A stretch of 64,000 nt of DNA, taken from Candidatus Parcubacteria bacterium. Lineage in GTDB: Bacteria; Patescibacteriota; Patescibacteriia; Patescibacteriales; UBA12075. Where the stretch lies: the NCBI GenBank assembly GCA_002869165.1, contig PKTK01000001.1, forward strand, positions 251,362 through 315,361, read 5' to 3'. Within the stretch, counting starts at the first letter, position 1. Each line of letters starts with the position of its first letter. Positions 36,349 through 47,261 of this stretch are shown here, piece after piece. Made by a program: the position numbers and the translations under genes. The notes below the pieces were generated by a model that ran no database searches, was not told the origin of the DNA, and worked only from the letters and a program-made list of their open reading frames with translations.

Positions 36349-36870
36349 ATGAAAGAAAAAAGAATGCGTTTGTCTCAGATATTTAAAATACGTACTTTTG
36401 TCTTGCAGGTTTTAATTTGTTTGATTGGTGCAGGGTATTATTTATTCGCCACCAGTAAAGACCCAGAAGTATTGTTTGTCATTATTGTATTACTTGTGAC
36501 CTATTTGGTTTTTTCATCTCTTTATTTTACCAAAGTTTTTTCTATAATAGAGATATTTGAAAACAGGGTATTAATACAAATGAATTGTTTTCGTGTGGCC
36601 AGAGACCAGATAATGGGGTATAAAATGTTACTCAGCTTAAGTGATGAAAAAATGATTATTTGTTTAAATGAAATTAAAAGAACAGTTAGAATACTTAACC
36701 CTGTTAAAAACAAATTTGATACTTATTCATTTATTAATACACCAGATGAAAAAATTCGAGAAAAACTAGAGGAAATAATCAGAAAAAAGGAAGAGGATTT
36801 AATTTTTGTTTGTAATGTTAAAATACCCAAAACCTATAAAGTGGTTGAAAAATTATTTTGTTACAAATAA
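36349..36870 (+). CDS. hypothetical membrane protein
   Basis: 173 aa; two TM helices; GGAGG RBS. Confidence 0.4.
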   Translation: MKEKRMRLSQIFKIRTFVLQVLICLIGAGYYLFATSKDPEVLFVIIVLLVTYLVFSSLYFTKVFSIIEIFENRVLIQMNCFRVARDQIMGYKMLLSLSDEKMIICLNEIKRTVRILNPVKNKFDTYSFINTPDEKIREKLEEIIRKKEEDLIFVCNVKIPKTYKVVEKLFCYK

Positions 36871-36981
36871 ACAAAGTTTATTTTAAAATGATTTTTTGTT
36901 TGACTATTTTGTAGTATCATGATATTTTTTTCTTAGTGCTTTTTAGCAGATGTACTTTGTAAACCTTAAATCGGAGGCTGT

Positions 36982-37317
36982 ATGGGGTGTATTGCACAGT
37001 TGGAAAAGGTGATTGATCCGGTGTTATTTCAAAAGGTCCTAGCTCTTAGAAGAAGACGTGGCTATGTTGTCAATATCGATAAAGATGGCAAATGCCTGAT
37101 CTATTTGATGGGAGTGTTGATGGCCACCGTAAGCGCCAAAAGTGAATCTATGGTTATAGAAGAGCCAAAAGAAGAGGATCGTAAATTTGGAGATGTCTGG
37201 CATGTATTCATGAAAGATATCGAAAGTCTCAGAATTTCCTTTGTAACCACAAGCCAGGGAAAAAGAGCAGATAACTTCATGGATGAATTAGTTCAAGATT
37301 TAAGTTCAAAAAGATAA
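36982..37317 (+). CDS. hypothetical protein
   Basis: 111-aa ORF, GGAGG RBS. Confidence 0.4.
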   Translation: MGCIAQLEKVIDPVLFQKVLALRRRRGYVVNIDKDGKCLIYLMGVLMATVSAKSESMVIEEPKEEDRKFGDVWHVFMKDIESLRISFVTTSQGKRADNFMDELVQDLSSKR

Positions 37318-37321
37318 AAAA

Positions 37322-37357
37322 TAAACGTTACGATTGATTATAATCGTAACGTTTTTT
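37322..37357 (+). terminator. rho-independent terminator
   Basis: AACGTTACGATTGATTATAATCGTAACGTT hairpin followed by a T-run. Confidence 0.6.
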
Positions 37358-37495
37358 GTTTTCTTGTGTTCTTTTGTCTTTTGCCCCAATGTTAACAATG
37401 CTAAAAATTTGACAACTGTATTGAATTGGGATAGTTTAGAAGTGAAGAAAAAAAAGGTTCTTTTTAGGTGAAAATGTAAAAATTATAACAAGGAG

Positions 37496-37843
37496 GTGTG
37501 TATGGTTAAACAGGTAGCATTTAGAAATTTTTTAGATCCTGAAGTAGTAAGTAAACTCAAAGTCTTAAAAGTGTTTGGTTATAAGCTTGAAATCAATAAA
37601 ACATATTTAAGAATACTAAAGGATGGAGTTTATTTAGCCTATCTTGATTCGACGCAAAATATTGTTATACCTAGCAATGATTATAAAAAAGTGTTAGATA
37701 ATCAATCTTTGTTTACAGCCTTAATAGATCATCTAGACGAATTAGAGATAGGTTATTTTGGTGAATGGTTAAATACAATCTTTGATATTTTAGAGTACGA
37801 AGTTCAAAGAAATTTTTACACAAAAACAAGAAGCGATTTATAG
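37496..37843 (+). CDS. hypothetical protein
   Basis: 115-aa ORF, AAGGAGG RBS. Confidence 0.4.
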   Translation: MCMVKQVAFRNFLDPEVVSKLKVLKVFGYKLEINKTYLRILKDGVYLAYLDSTQNIVIPSNDYKKVLDNQSLFTALIDHLDELEIGYFGEWLNTIFDILEYEVQRNFYTKTRSDL

Positions 37844-37919
37844 AAATCGCTTTTTTTGTTACTTTAATATTTATTATTCGTATGATAAAATATATATAAT
37901 AATTATTTAAATAAAAATT

Positions 37920-38735
37920 ATGGAGAATAACTCTCAAAACAATTATTTATCAAAAAATTTAGTTGTTACTTTGTTGATTATTGGGGCTTTTTCCCTTGGG
38001 GCTTTGGCAATTCTCAGAGAAAAAATAACCCAAAATGATCAGGAAAGATTTAACGTAAGTGCTGAAGGAAAGATTTTCGCCAAGCCTGATATTGCCAATA
38101 TCACTTTGAGTGTGGTAACTGATACCAAGAAGGAAGCACAAGAGGCAGTACAAGAAGGGGCAGAAAAAATGAACCAAGTAATTGATAAACTAGGGGAACT
38201 AGGGGTCGATAAAAAAGACATCAAAACAACTCAGTACAGTCTAAACCCAAAGTATGAATACCTAAAAGAAGTTAATTCCGAAGTTTTGGAGATTGATAAT
38301 GTTGAGTATATTAGACCAACAGATAATGGCAAAAGAATGATAGTCGGCTACACTTTAAATCAGAGTGTAACCGTAAAGATTAGAGATCTAGAAAAGATTG
38401 GTGATATTATCAAAGAATCAACCGATATGGGAGCTAATCAAACCGGGGGAGTTAGTTTTACTATTGATGATACTGATGAGTTAAAGAAGCAAGCGCGAAG
38501 TGAAGCTATCAAGGAAGCAAAAGAAAAAGCAAATGAGATTGCAGATGAATCAGGACTTCAATTGGGTAAGTTGGTAAATGTTTCAGAATATGAAGGCTAC
38601 ACCCCAGTTTATAGAAATGATTATGCTTATGCTGAGTCTGCTATATTCGAGGCAGACAGCGCAGCAATCCCCGATATTGAAAGTGGAGAAATGGAAGTAA
38701 CCGTAAATGTGACATTGACTTACAAGGTTAAATAA
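37920..38735 (+). CDS. SIMPL/DUF541-domain secreted protein
   Basis: 271 aa; N-terminal TM/signal anchor; FNVSAEGKIFAKPDIANITLSV...QYSLNPKYEY pattern typical of DUF541. Confidence 0.65.
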   Translation: MENNSQNNYLSKNLVVTLLIIGAFSLGALAILREKITQNDQERFNVSAEGKIFAKPDIANITLSVVTDTKKEAQEAVQEGAEKMNQVIDKLGELGVDKKDIKTTQYSLNPKYEYLKEVNSEVLEIDNVEYIRPTDNGKRMIVGYTLNQSVTVKIRDLEKIGDIIKESTDMGANQTGGVSFTIDDTDELKKQARSEAIKEAKEKANEIADESGLQLGKLVNVSEYEGYTPVYRNDYAYAESAIFEADSAAIPDIESGEMEVTVNVTLTYKVK

Positions 38736-38753
38736 AAATAATGGCAAATAAAA

Positions 38754-38780
38754 AACATCCGTTTTATATGGATGTTTTTT
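38754..38780 (+). terminator. rho-independent terminator
   Basis: AACATCCGTTTTATATGGATGTT hairpin followed by a T-run. Confidence 0.6.
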
Positions 38781-38826
38781 AAATATTTTTCAATTTAGAA
38801 ATATTTAAAAATACAATGTTTTTGAA

Positions 38827-39810
38827 ATGTGTTATAATTATTATATGGAAAAGAAAAATACTAGTCTATTATCCGCTTTGTTTGCTTATTTGCGAAATCC
38901 TAGACATGATATAAAGACATCTAAACAAAGTATTAGATCTAAATTTACTGATGTTTTGCAGTATTGGTCACTTGGACTTGTATTGGCTTTTTTGTTCGGT
39001 TTGTTTATTAGTTACGCTTTGTTAAAAACTCAACATGGTGAGGTGGATAATTATTTGGAAGACTTCTTCTTGGATGGTTCAGTTTTGATAGTTGTTTTTT
39101 TAGTTTTTTTCTTCGGTCCAATAATTGAGGAAATGACCTTTCGTTTGGTTTTGCGTTATAGTCCCATTAATTTTTCTTTCTTTCTTCTCTTTGTTTTTTT
39201 ACTTTTTTCTCAAAGTGATAATATTGTTGGTCGTTTTATTCAAGAGAACTTTATTATTTTAGAAAGAAGTATGGGTTGGTACTTGTTTTTGTTTGTTGCC
39301 TTTGTTTTGTTCTGTCTAATTGGTATCGCTATGGCTCAAGCGATCAAGTCAAGTAAATTTTCAATTGTACTAGAATATATTTTTGAAAATTATTTTGTTT
39401 ATATTTTTTATTCTTTGGCTTGCATTTTTGCATTTTTGCATATTTTTAATTATTATAATCTGGATAATTTTTGGTTGCTCATGCCTGTCTTAGTAGCACC
39501 ACAGTTTGTGATTGGTTTAATTCTTTCTTATATTAGAATGCGCTATGGGATTACATGGTCTATTTTTTATCACATATTGCATAATTCTTTGATATCAATT
39601 CCGGTGTTGGTGTTTTCTGCTATTAGTGAGCAGGGCAATGAGATTATGGACAATTCTGAAAATTTTCAAATAAGTGATCTGCCTACTGATGACGCCAGAA
39701 TAATGATGTGGGGAACATATTTTAGCATTTTTGTCTTTATATTAATCATTCTTTCATTTATTTCTTTAATAAGAGACCATAAAAAACATAAAACCCTTGA
39801 CAAAATTTAA
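38827..39810 (+). CDS. CPBP-family (CAAX-type) intramembrane metalloprotease
   Basis: 327 aa; EEMTFR (motif 1 EExxxR), FAFLHIFNY (FxxxH), HILHNS (HxxxN). Confidence 0.7.
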   Translation: MCYNYYMEKKNTSLLSALFAYLRNPRHDIKTSKQSIRSKFTDVLQYWSLGLVLAFLFGLFISYALLKTQHGEVDNYLEDFFLDGSVLIVVFLVFFFGPIIEEMTFRLVLRYSPINFSFFLLFVFLLFSQSDNIVGRFIQENFIILERSMGWYLFLFVAFVLFCLIGIAMAQAIKSSKFSIVLEYIFENYFVYIFYSLACIFAFLHIFNYYNLDNFWLLMPVLVAPQFVIGLILSYIRMRYGITWSIFYHILHNSLISIPVLVFSAISEQGNEIMDNSENFQISDLPTDDARIMMWGTYFSIFVFILIILSFISLIRDHKKHKTLDKI

Positions 39811-39869
39811 AAAATATTTTATAATCTTTCTTAGTATAAAATCATTTAAATTAGCTACTGGAGGATTAG

Positions 39870-40136
39870 ATGAAGAATATTGAGAGGGATATAGGTTACG
39901 TGGGTTTTGTCTTGGATATAAGTGGGGCAATTTGGTCCTATTTTTATTCAAATAAGCCCGAGGCATTAGAAAGAACACTGGAAGATGTCCAGGAAAATTG
40001 GCGTCAGCAAATGGTGTGTGGAATAGTATTGGATAATACCAATAAAGTAATATTGGATAAATTTACAAGAATTGATGAAATTGATTTTCAGAAAGTTTTT
40101 GGCAATTCTCTAAAGCGCTTCGGTGCTACTATGTAA
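39870..40136 (+). CDS. hypothetical protein
   Basis: 88-aa ORF, GGAGG RBS. Confidence 0.35.
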   Translation: MKNIERDIGYVGFVLDISGAIWSYFYSNKPEALERTLEDVQENWRQQMVCGIVLDNTNKVILDKFTRIDEIDFQKVFGNSLKRFGATM

Positions 40137-40196
40137 AAAGCAAAGGAATAGTTTTTAGTTTAAACTATTCCTTTTTTATTTTTTTCTAAGCAAATT

Positions 40197-40967
40197 TTAT
40201 TGTCGGTGATACTTATTGATAAAATTTTCTAGAATTAAACCGACATCTTTGATGTCTACCTTATTACTGTCATTGATTATTTTTTCACCTTCACCAGGTT
40301 TGAAATAGCCCATACCATCATAAGCTTTAACTCTAACTTTAATCCCTTCTACATCTAATTCAGGGTGGAATTGAGTAGCATAGATATTTTCTTTGACCCG
40401 GAACATCTGATTAGGGCAATTTTTGCCGCTAGCAAGCAAAACTGCATTTGGCGGTAATTTTTCGCAAGCTTCTTTGTGTCCAACATAAGCCTTGAATATG
40501 TTTGGTAGATTTTTTAGCAAATCATCTTTTTTCCCTTCAGGAGTTATTGAAATATCTATAGGGGCTACTTCTTCACTATACTTATTTGATAGTAATCCTT
40601 TTTGGTGACTAACCACTAGCCCAATCCCAAGACAAGCACCCAGGAAAGGGAAGTCGTTTTTCACCACCTTATCAAGTAGAGAAAAAAGATCTTTTTCTAA
40701 TTCTTTTTGATTGTTTTGTTTTTTCTCTTCAGGATAAGAGATATTTTGCGGACCCCCACCCAAAATAATACAGCTATAATCTTCTAGTTTAAGATCTTTG
40801 GGAAAGCCGAGATAAAGCCACTCATCCTGTTTTTTAGGATTTATTTTGGTTAGCATCACTCTTTCGACTTCTTCCTTGTCCAATTTACTGTACTTAAGAA
40901 ATGCTTCAAATTCATTTTGAACCGGCACTTCCTCAGGTCTTAATTGTAGAATTAATACTTTTTTCAT
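40197..40967 (-). CDS. class I glutamine amidotransferase-like protein
   Basis: 256 aa; LGACLGIGL nucleophile elbow (G-x-C-x-G) and ATQFHPE His/Glu region. Confidence 0.65.
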   Translation of the reverse strand: MKKVLILQLRPEEVPVQNEFEAFLKYSKLDKEEVERVMLTKINPKKQDEWLYLGFPKDLKLEDYSCIILGGGPQNISYPEEKKQNNQKELEKDLFSLLDKVVKNDFPFLGACLGIGLVVSHQKGLLSNKYSEEVAPIDISITPEGKKDDLLKNLPNIFKAYVGHKEACEKLPPNAVLLASGKNCPNQMFRVKENIYATQFHPELDVEGIKVRVKAYDGMGYFKPGEGEKIINDSNKVDIKDVGLILENFINKYHRQ

Positions 40968-41148
40968 TGTTTTCTCCTAAAATAAAAAAAGCCTTTTTAG
41001 CTTATTTTGGTTACATTTTTAATAATAATAAAGTAAAATATATTCAAAAATTAAAATTAGATATTAAACAATTGTTTATAAACTCATTTTGAATAATTTA
41101 ATTTTTATATTATAATTTTAACATATAATAAGTGAAAAATCTATAATA

Positions 41149-42576
41149 ATGAGTTTCAAATATAAAATTAGAATATTGTTGTTTGCAATTGCATTTTGCG
41201 TTTTAACAATTTTGCTTTATTTGGCTATTGTACCTTTTGGTAAAATAGTATATGAAAATGATTTTAGCCGTGATAATTTTTTTATTTCAAAAATTACTCC
41301 TGATACTAGATTAGGTGAAAGTAGTGGTGATACTATTAGAATTAAAGCAAATCCTGTCTATTTTAGTTTAAAAACACAAAGAAAATTCTCTCAAGCAATA
41401 TTGAGTCTAAGCTATAAGGATAATTTAGAGAATGGTATCATTGAAACCGGTACATTAGTAGACAATACTCTTTGGCGTTATGACTTGAAGCCGGTTGAGA
41501 ATGTGAGTTTGTCTAGTATTTGTGATAATTGGTATAAGAAACTTGAAGGTGATTTGATCTTTTGTCAAAGAAAGGAGACTTTTGTGGATCTAGAAGAGTA
41601 CTTAGCGTCAAGTACAGATATGAATAAATTGGCAGTTTATAATTACGATCTAGATAAAAAATATACTATAGAGCTGTACAAAAAAAGTGAACAGGAAAAA
41701 AATATAGAAGAAGCAATAGTTGGTCAGTTCCAATTCTATACTTATATCAAAGATGAAACTTTAGAATTTAGTTTCCTGGTAATTGACCAGAATAAAAATA
41801 CTGATGCGGATAGAGTGGATGTGAATTTATATTATGATGATGTTTTAATAGATAATGTTATTTTGTATGATGATGGAAATGAAAGTGATAATGGGCAGTT
41901 TTCTGAGCCCAGAAAATTGCAAATTAAAACTGCTAGATTGCCGGAAGGAGTCTATAAGCTTGAATTGCGAGCCAATAACGATATTATAACGCAAAAAATT
42001 ACTACCAAACAGTCAAAAATTGCTTTTGTTGATTCTCTGAATTTAGCTAAAAGAGATAAAGAAGCTAGTTTATATACTGATTCTTCGCTATTGCGAGTTA
42101 CTACTATCTATCCTGATAGATTGAATATAATAAGAGTAGCTTCGTCAAGTTTGGAAATTCAGGAAACCTATAAGCAATTTTCTTTGGAATTGGATAATAG
42201 CATTGCCAGTACAGGACTTAAAGTAATAGATATTCCTAAAGTAGGGCAGGCCATATCTGGTAACGGAGTTTTTTCATTTTCAAGTGAGCAGTTCTTTGAT
42301 CCAAAAATAAAAAAGATAGATGATAATTTGGATTTTACAAATATTGATTATTTAATAGCCCGAGTTCCAGTTGTTCAGGCGAAAGGTGATTGGAAGCAAG
42401 TGGACGTTCCTATTGATTTGAGTAGGGCGTATAGGGAAAACAAGACTTACAGTTTTATTATTTCAATACCAAATTTAGAACTTGCTAGTGAGAAATATGT
42501 AGAAATCGATAAAATGCAGATTGAACTTGAGGGTTTGAATATTTGGGGTTTAATTAAAGAAAAAATAAAAAAATAA
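41149..42576 (+). CDS. hypothetical membrane-anchored protein
   Basis: 475 aa; single N-terminal TM. Confidence 0.45.
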   Translation: MSFKYKIRILLFAIAFCVLTILLYLAIVPFGKIVYENDFSRDNFFISKITPDTRLGESSGDTIRIKANPVYFSLKTQRKFSQAILSLSYKDNLENGIIETGTLVDNTLWRYDLKPVENVSLSSICDNWYKKLEGDLIFCQRKETFVDLEEYLASSTDMNKLAVYNYDLDKKYTIELYKKSEQEKNIEEAIVGQFQFYTYIKDETLEFSFLVIDQNKNTDADRVDVNLYYDDVLIDNVILYDDGNESDNGQFSEPRKLQIKTARLPEGVYKLELRANNDIITQKITTKQSKIAFVDSLNLAKRDKEASLYTDSSLLRVTTIYPDRLNIIRVASSSLEIQETYKQFSLELDNSIASTGLKVIDIPKVGQAISGNGVFSFSSEQFFDPKIKKIDDNLDFTNIDYLIARVPVVQAKGDWKQVDVPIDLSRAYRENKTYSFIISIPNLELASEKYVEIDKMQIELEGLNIWGLIKEKIKK

Positions 42577-42758
42577 TATGCAAGAAAAAGTTAAAATAAT
42601 ATTCGATGAATTGTTTTACACTTTGAGTTTGACAATATTATTGTTTTTTGGTTTGTAATATATTATTAGTAATTCGGTAATTGCTTATATTAACATGAAT
42701 TTATTGTTGATTTTTTGGATGATAATTGCTATATTTATAGTAGTATTAAATAAAAATA

Positions 42759-43829
42759 ATGGATAAGGATAAACTACTTAAAAATATTCCAACTTTGATT
42801 TTTCTTTTTTTTGTTCTAACAGGACTATTCAAGAATTTGGGGTTAATAATCTTTATAATTATACTTGTTTATTTATCAATGAGTGGATTTAAAGGGAGGT
42901 TTAATCTTCATAAGAAATTTGGTAATTTACATAATTTTAATAATAATCATAAAAATATGTCAGAAGCAATTGATTTAAATTCAATCGGAGCTATTAAAAA
43001 GATTAGAAGAAATTTTATTACTGCTTTAGTTGTAATTCTTCTTATCTGGCTCTTTTTTGCATCGATCGTGGTGGTCGAAGCAGGTACAACAGGAGTTTAC
43101 TCTTTGTTCGGGAGAGTAAATGAAAAAGAATTAAGTTCAGGATTTCACCTGGTAATCCCTCTTGCTAAGGTAACTAAAATGAGTATCAGGACAGAGGAAT
43201 ATACAATGAGTATCACTAGAGGAGAAGGTAACAGAGTTGGGGCAGATGCAATAACCTCACTTACCAAAGAAGGATTAAATGTTGATCTCGATATGACAGT
43301 CCTTTATAAAATAGAAGAAGAAAAAGCTTCTGATATTTATACAACCGTTGGAATGAAAGAGGATATTGATGATAAAATTATTAGACCATCTATCAGAACC
43401 TCTATTAGAGACGTGATTGCCCAGTATGAGGCAAAAGACATTTATTCAGAGAAAAGACAAGAGGCAGCTTCTAAAATACAGGATGAATTGAGCGCAAGTT
43501 TGGCTGATAGAGGTATAATTATTGAAGATGTTCTTCTTAGAAACGTGGCTTTACCCACCAATCTAGCCAATGCCATTCAGGAAAAATTACAAGCTGAGCA
43601 AGAGGCACAAAAATATGATTTTATTTTAGAAAAAGAAAAGAAAGAAAAGGAAAGAAAGATTATTGAAGCAGAAGGACAAAGAGATGCTCAGAAGATCATT
43701 AACGAAAGCTTGAGCACAAACTATCTTTATTATCTTTATATAAATGATTTAAAGAGTAGGGAGGGAACAATCTATGTACCAACAAGCCCAGATACTGGTA
43801 TGCCTCTATTTAGAAGTCTGGGACAATAA
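42759..43829 (+). CDS. SPFH/band-7 (prohibitin/HflK-like) domain protein
   Basis: TM anchor followed by GTTGVYSLFGRVNEK...FHLVIPL SPFH core and a coiled-coil EQEAQKYDF tail; true start may be the internal MSEAIDL around 42957. Confidence 0.7.
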   Translation: MDKDKLLKNIPTLIFLFFVLTGLFKNLGLIIFIIILVYLSMSGFKGRFNLHKKFGNLHNFNNNHKNMSEAIDLNSIGAIKKIRRNFITALVVILLIWLFFASIVVVEAGTTGVYSLFGRVNEKELSSGFHLVIPLAKVTKMSIRTEEYTMSITRGEGNRVGADAITSLTKEGLNVDLDMTVLYKIEEEKASDIYTTVGMKEDIDDKIIRPSIRTSIRDVIAQYEAKDIYSEKRQEAASKIQDELSASLADRGIIIEDVLLRNVALPTNLANAIQEKLQAEQEAQKYDFILEKEKKEKERKIIEAEGQRDAQKIINESLSTNYLYYLYINDLKSREGTIYVPTSPDTGMPLFRSLGQ

Positions 43830-43911
43830 ATTAATTAATTGTTAATATAAATATTTAAGTATTTAGATGTGGTGAATATGTTTAAATGATTTAATGTTTA
43901 AATGAAATTTT

Positions 43912-44319
43912 ATGGATTGTATTTTTTGTAAAATTATTAATGGTTCTATTCCTGGTTATATTGTTTATGAGGATAATAAGGTTATGGCTTTTTTTGATAT
44001 ATTGCCAATATCACGTGGGCATACCATTATCGTACCAAAAAAACATGTAGCTGATCTCGAGGATCTGACAAATGAAGATATGTGTGCTTTGAGCTTAGTG
44101 GTGAAGAAAATTGGCCGAGCAGTTACAGAGGGCTTGGGTGTGAAAGGTTATAGTATTTTTTTAGACAACAAAAGCGCAGCTAATCAACATGTCCCCCATG
44201 TGCATTTTCATTTGGTACCTAGAGAAGAAGGCGACGGGCTGGAAAGATGGCCTCAGAGTGGCTATGCTGATGGAGATGCTGAAGAGCTACTTAAAAATAT
44301 AAAAAAATCGATTAAATAA
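43912..44319 (+). CDS. HIT-family hydrolase
   Basis: 135 aa; histidine triad HVPHVHFHLVPR. Confidence 0.85.
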   Translation: MDCIFCKIINGSIPGYIVYEDNKVMAFFDILPISRGHTIIVPKKHVADLEDLTNEDMCALSLVVKKIGRAVTEGLGVKGYSIFLDNKSAANQHVPHVHFHLVPREEGDGLERWPQSGYADGDAEELLKNIKKSIK

Positions 44320-44321
44320 TT

Positions 44322-44732
44322 ATGGAAGATTGTTTGTTTTGTAAAATTATAAATGGGGAAATTCCATGTAACAAGGTATATGAAAATGAATATACCCTGG
44401 CTTTTTTAGACATTTCTCCAACCAATCCAGGTCATACTTTGGTTGTTCCTAAAAAGCATTTTAAAAATAATGAAGAAATCGATGAGTTGTATTTAACTGA
44501 AGTTCATAAGACAGTCAAAAAAGTAGGCAGGGCTATAAAAAATGGTTTGTCTTCACCTGGTTATAATATAATAATAAACAACGATCAGATTGCCGGACAG
44601 ATCATACCCCATTTTCATGCTCATATTGTGCCCAGGGTAGAAGGTGATGGCTTTAAGCATTGGCCTGGTGGTGAGTACAAAGAAGGACAAGCAGAAGATG
44701 TAGCTCAAAAAATTACAAATAACATAGAATAA
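44322..44732 (+). CDS. HIT-family hydrolase (tandem paralog)
   Basis: 136 aa; IPHFHAHIVPR. Confidence 0.85.
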   Translation: MEDCLFCKIINGEIPCNKVYENEYTLAFLDISPTNPGHTLVVPKKHFKNNEEIDELYLTEVHKTVKKVGRAIKNGLSSPGYNIIINNDQIAGQIIPHFHAHIVPRVEGDGFKHWPGGEYKEGQAEDVAQKITNNIE

Positions 44733-44733
44733 A

Positions 44734-45735
44734 ATGAAGTTATTAGTTACAGGCGGAGCCGGGTTTATCGGCTCTAATTTTATAAGACATTGGCTTAGAG
44801 AAAATCCTAAGGACAATGTTATTAATTTAGATCTTTTAACTTATGCGGGTAATCTGGAGAATCTAAGTGATGTTGAAAATAGAAAGAATTATCTTTTTAT
44901 AAAAGGGGATATCTGTGATACGAATTTAGTTCATCAGATATGTAAAGGAGTAGATATAATTGTAAATTTTGCAGCAGAATCACATGTTGACAGGTCGATA
45001 AGATCATCAGAAGATTTTATTAGAACTAATGTTGAAGGGACAAGAGTGTTACTTGATGCTGCTAGGAAATGCAATATCAAAAGGTTTCATCACGTTTCAA
45101 CTGATGAGGTTTTTGGCGAATTAGGAAGTAAGGATCCGAAGTTCAATGAAACTAGTCCTTATTATCCTAGAAGCCCTTATAGTGCTTCAAAAGCTGCTAG
45201 TGATCATTTGGTAAGATCGTATTTTTATACTTATAAAATGCCAATAACTATTTCAAATTGTTCAAACAATTATGGCCCTTATCAATTTCCTGAAAAACTG
45301 ATTCCATTATTTGTTACAAATTTACTTGAAGGTAAAAAGGTTCCGGTTTATGGTAAAGGTCAAAATATCAGAGACTGGATACATGTTGATGATCACAATC
45401 GTGGAGTAGAAAAGATTATTAAGAATGGTCTAATAGGAGAGACATATTGTCTAGGTGGAGGAAATGAGTTTACAAATCTTGAAGTTGCAAAAAAGATTCT
45501 TGAATACATGACATTCACTGAAGATGAGATAGAATTCATTAAAGACAGGCCTGGTCATGATCATAGATATGCTATTGATTATTCAAAAGCGAAAAAGACA
45601 TTGGACTGGGGACCAAAGATTGATTTCAAAAAGGGTCTATCTGAAACTATTGAGTGGTATAACACTAATCCTAAGTGGTGGAAAAAAATAAAAAGCGGAG
45701 AATATCAGAACTATTACAAGGAGCAGTATGGATAA
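44734..45735 (+). CDS. rfbB: dTDP-glucose 4,6-dehydratase
   Basis: 333 aa; TGGAGFIGS Rossmann motif, YSASKAASD catalytic YxxxK, RfbB-like C-terminus. Confidence 0.88.
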   Translation: MKLLVTGGAGFIGSNFIRHWLRENPKDNVINLDLLTYAGNLENLSDVENRKNYLFIKGDICDTNLVHQICKGVDIIVNFAAESHVDRSIRSSEDFIRTNVEGTRVLLDAARKCNIKRFHHVSTDEVFGELGSKDPKFNETSPYYPRSPYSASKAASDHLVRSYFYTYKMPITISNCSNNYGPYQFPEKLIPLFVTNLLEGKKVPVYGKGQNIRDWIHVDDHNRGVEKIIKNGLIGETYCLGGGNEFTNLEVAKKILEYMTFTEDEIEFIKDRPGHDHRYAIDYSKAKKTLDWGPKIDFKKGLSETIEWYNTNPKWWKKIKSGEYQNYYKEQYG

Positions 45736-45807
45736 TAAATAAATTTTCAATTTTGGAATTTTCAATTTTCAAACAATTCTCAATTTCATAATTTTGAAAT
45801 AAACAAA

Positions 45808-46602
45808 ATGAAAGGAATAATACTCGCAGGAGGAACAGCTACCAGGCTTTTTCCTCTTACAGCGACAACCTCAAAACAACTTTTACCTGTTTATGACAGG
45901 CAAATGATTTTTTATCCCTTGAACCTTCTTGTGAAAGCAGGTATCAAGGATATTTTAGTAATTGTAGCACCAGAGCACTCTGGGCAGTTTTTGAATTTAC
46001 TAGGATCAATTTTTGATAAGTTTGATATTCGACTTGAATTCAAAGTGCAAAAAGTACCCAAAGGTTTAGCCGAGGCTTTTATTTTGGGAGAAGATTTCAT
46101 AGATGATGAACCTGTGACTATGGTGCTAGGTGATAATATTTTTGAAGATGATTTCTCTCTTGATATCAAAAATTTTAAAGAAGGCGGTCTTTTGTTTGCC
46201 AAAAAAGTCAGTGATCCAGAAAGATTTGGTGTTGTTAGGTTTGACGATGAAGGCAAGGCAGCTCAGATCAAAGAAAAACCTGAAGAATGGATCTCAGATT
46301 TTGCCATTACTGGTTTGTATGTCTTTGATAATGAAGTTGTGAAAGTAGCCAAGGAGGTAAAGCCAAGCGAACGAGGCGAAAAGGAAATTACAGAGATTCA
46401 TAATCATTATTTGGGTAAAGGGAACTTAAATGTTGCTATGTTGAAGGGTGCTTGGCTAGACGCTGGAACTTTCGATACTTTGCTTGAAGCTGGTAATATA
46501 GTAAAAGAAAAAGCCATCTATAAAAATTTTGACCCTATTATTGATGAAGCTATTGGAGAGTTTAATGCTGAACTAAAAGCAATAGCAAAGAAAAGACTAT
46601 AA
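45808..46602 (+). CDS. sugar-1-phosphate nucleotidyltransferase (RfbA/G1P-thymidylyltransferase-like, short form)
   Basis: MKGIILAGGTATRLFPLT signature. Confidence 0.75.
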   Translation: MKGIILAGGTATRLFPLTATTSKQLLPVYDRQMIFYPLNLLVKAGIKDILVIVAPEHSGQFLNLLGSIFDKFDIRLEFKVQKVPKGLAEAFILGEDFIDDEPVTMVLGDNIFEDDFSLDIKNFKEGGLLFAKKVSDPERFGVVRFDDEGKAAQIKEKPEEWISDFAITGLYVFDNEVVKVAKEVKPSERGEKEITEIHNHYLGKGNLNVAMLKGAWLDAGTFDTLLEAGNIVKEKAIYKNFDPIIDEAIGEFNAELKAIAKKRL

Positions 46603-47261
46603 TGAGAAAGCTTAATGTCGAAATAATTAAAAAAAAGGCCAAACGCTATTTTAAAAATGCTAGCGGGTGTCATGATTGGGCTCACGTTGAACGAGTTCAT
46701 AATTTGGCTATGCATATAGCCAAAAAGGAAGGTGCTGATCTATTGGTTGTAGAGTTGGCTACTTATCTACATGATATTGGCAGAAAAAGGGAAATGCGTT
46801 CCAAAGGAAAAATCTGTCACGCGGAATTTGGTAAAGAAGAAGCAAAAAAAATTTTGAAATATTACGATATTCCCAAAGATAAGCTTAATAATATATTACA
46901 TTCTATTATTAGTCATAGATATAGAAATGATGAAGCACCAAATACTTTGGAAGCAAAGTGTTTGTATGATGCTGATAAGCTTGATTCTTTAGGTGCGGTT
47001 GGTATTGGTCGAATATTCTTGTTTGCTGGTTCTAGTTGCGGTGGGGCACTCTATAGTGGAAAAGAAAAAGAACAGGCTAAAAGTGGAGAATTCAATGATT
47101 ATTCTATGGATGACACAGCTCCGTTAGAATGGGAAAGAAAATTAAAATTTGTCAAAGATAAAATGTTAACCAAAACAGGCAGGGAGATAGCTGTAGGACG
47201 ACATGAGTATATGGAGAGATTTTTTAAAAGATTTTGGCGAGAAGTTAAGGGTAAAAAATAA
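46602..47261 (+). CDS. HD-domain phosphohydrolase
   Basis: H...HD motif (YLHDIGR) and conserved downstream D. Confidence 0.7.
   Translation: MRKLNVEIIKKKAKRYFKNASGCHDWAHVERVHNLAMHIAKKEGADLLVVELATYLHDIGRKREMRSKGKICHAEFGKEEAKKILKYYDIPKDKLNNILHSIISHRYRNDEAPNTLEAKCLYDADKLDSLGAVGIGRIFLFAGSSCGGALYSGKEKEQAKSGEFNDYSMDDTAPLEWERKLKFVKDKMLTKTGREIAVGRHEYMERFFKRFWREVKGKK

Noticed and set aside
43912-44732. Tandem HIT-family paralogs as something unusual
   Set aside because: Duplicated HIT hydrolases are common. Both have intact histidine triads and nothing indicates a novel function.
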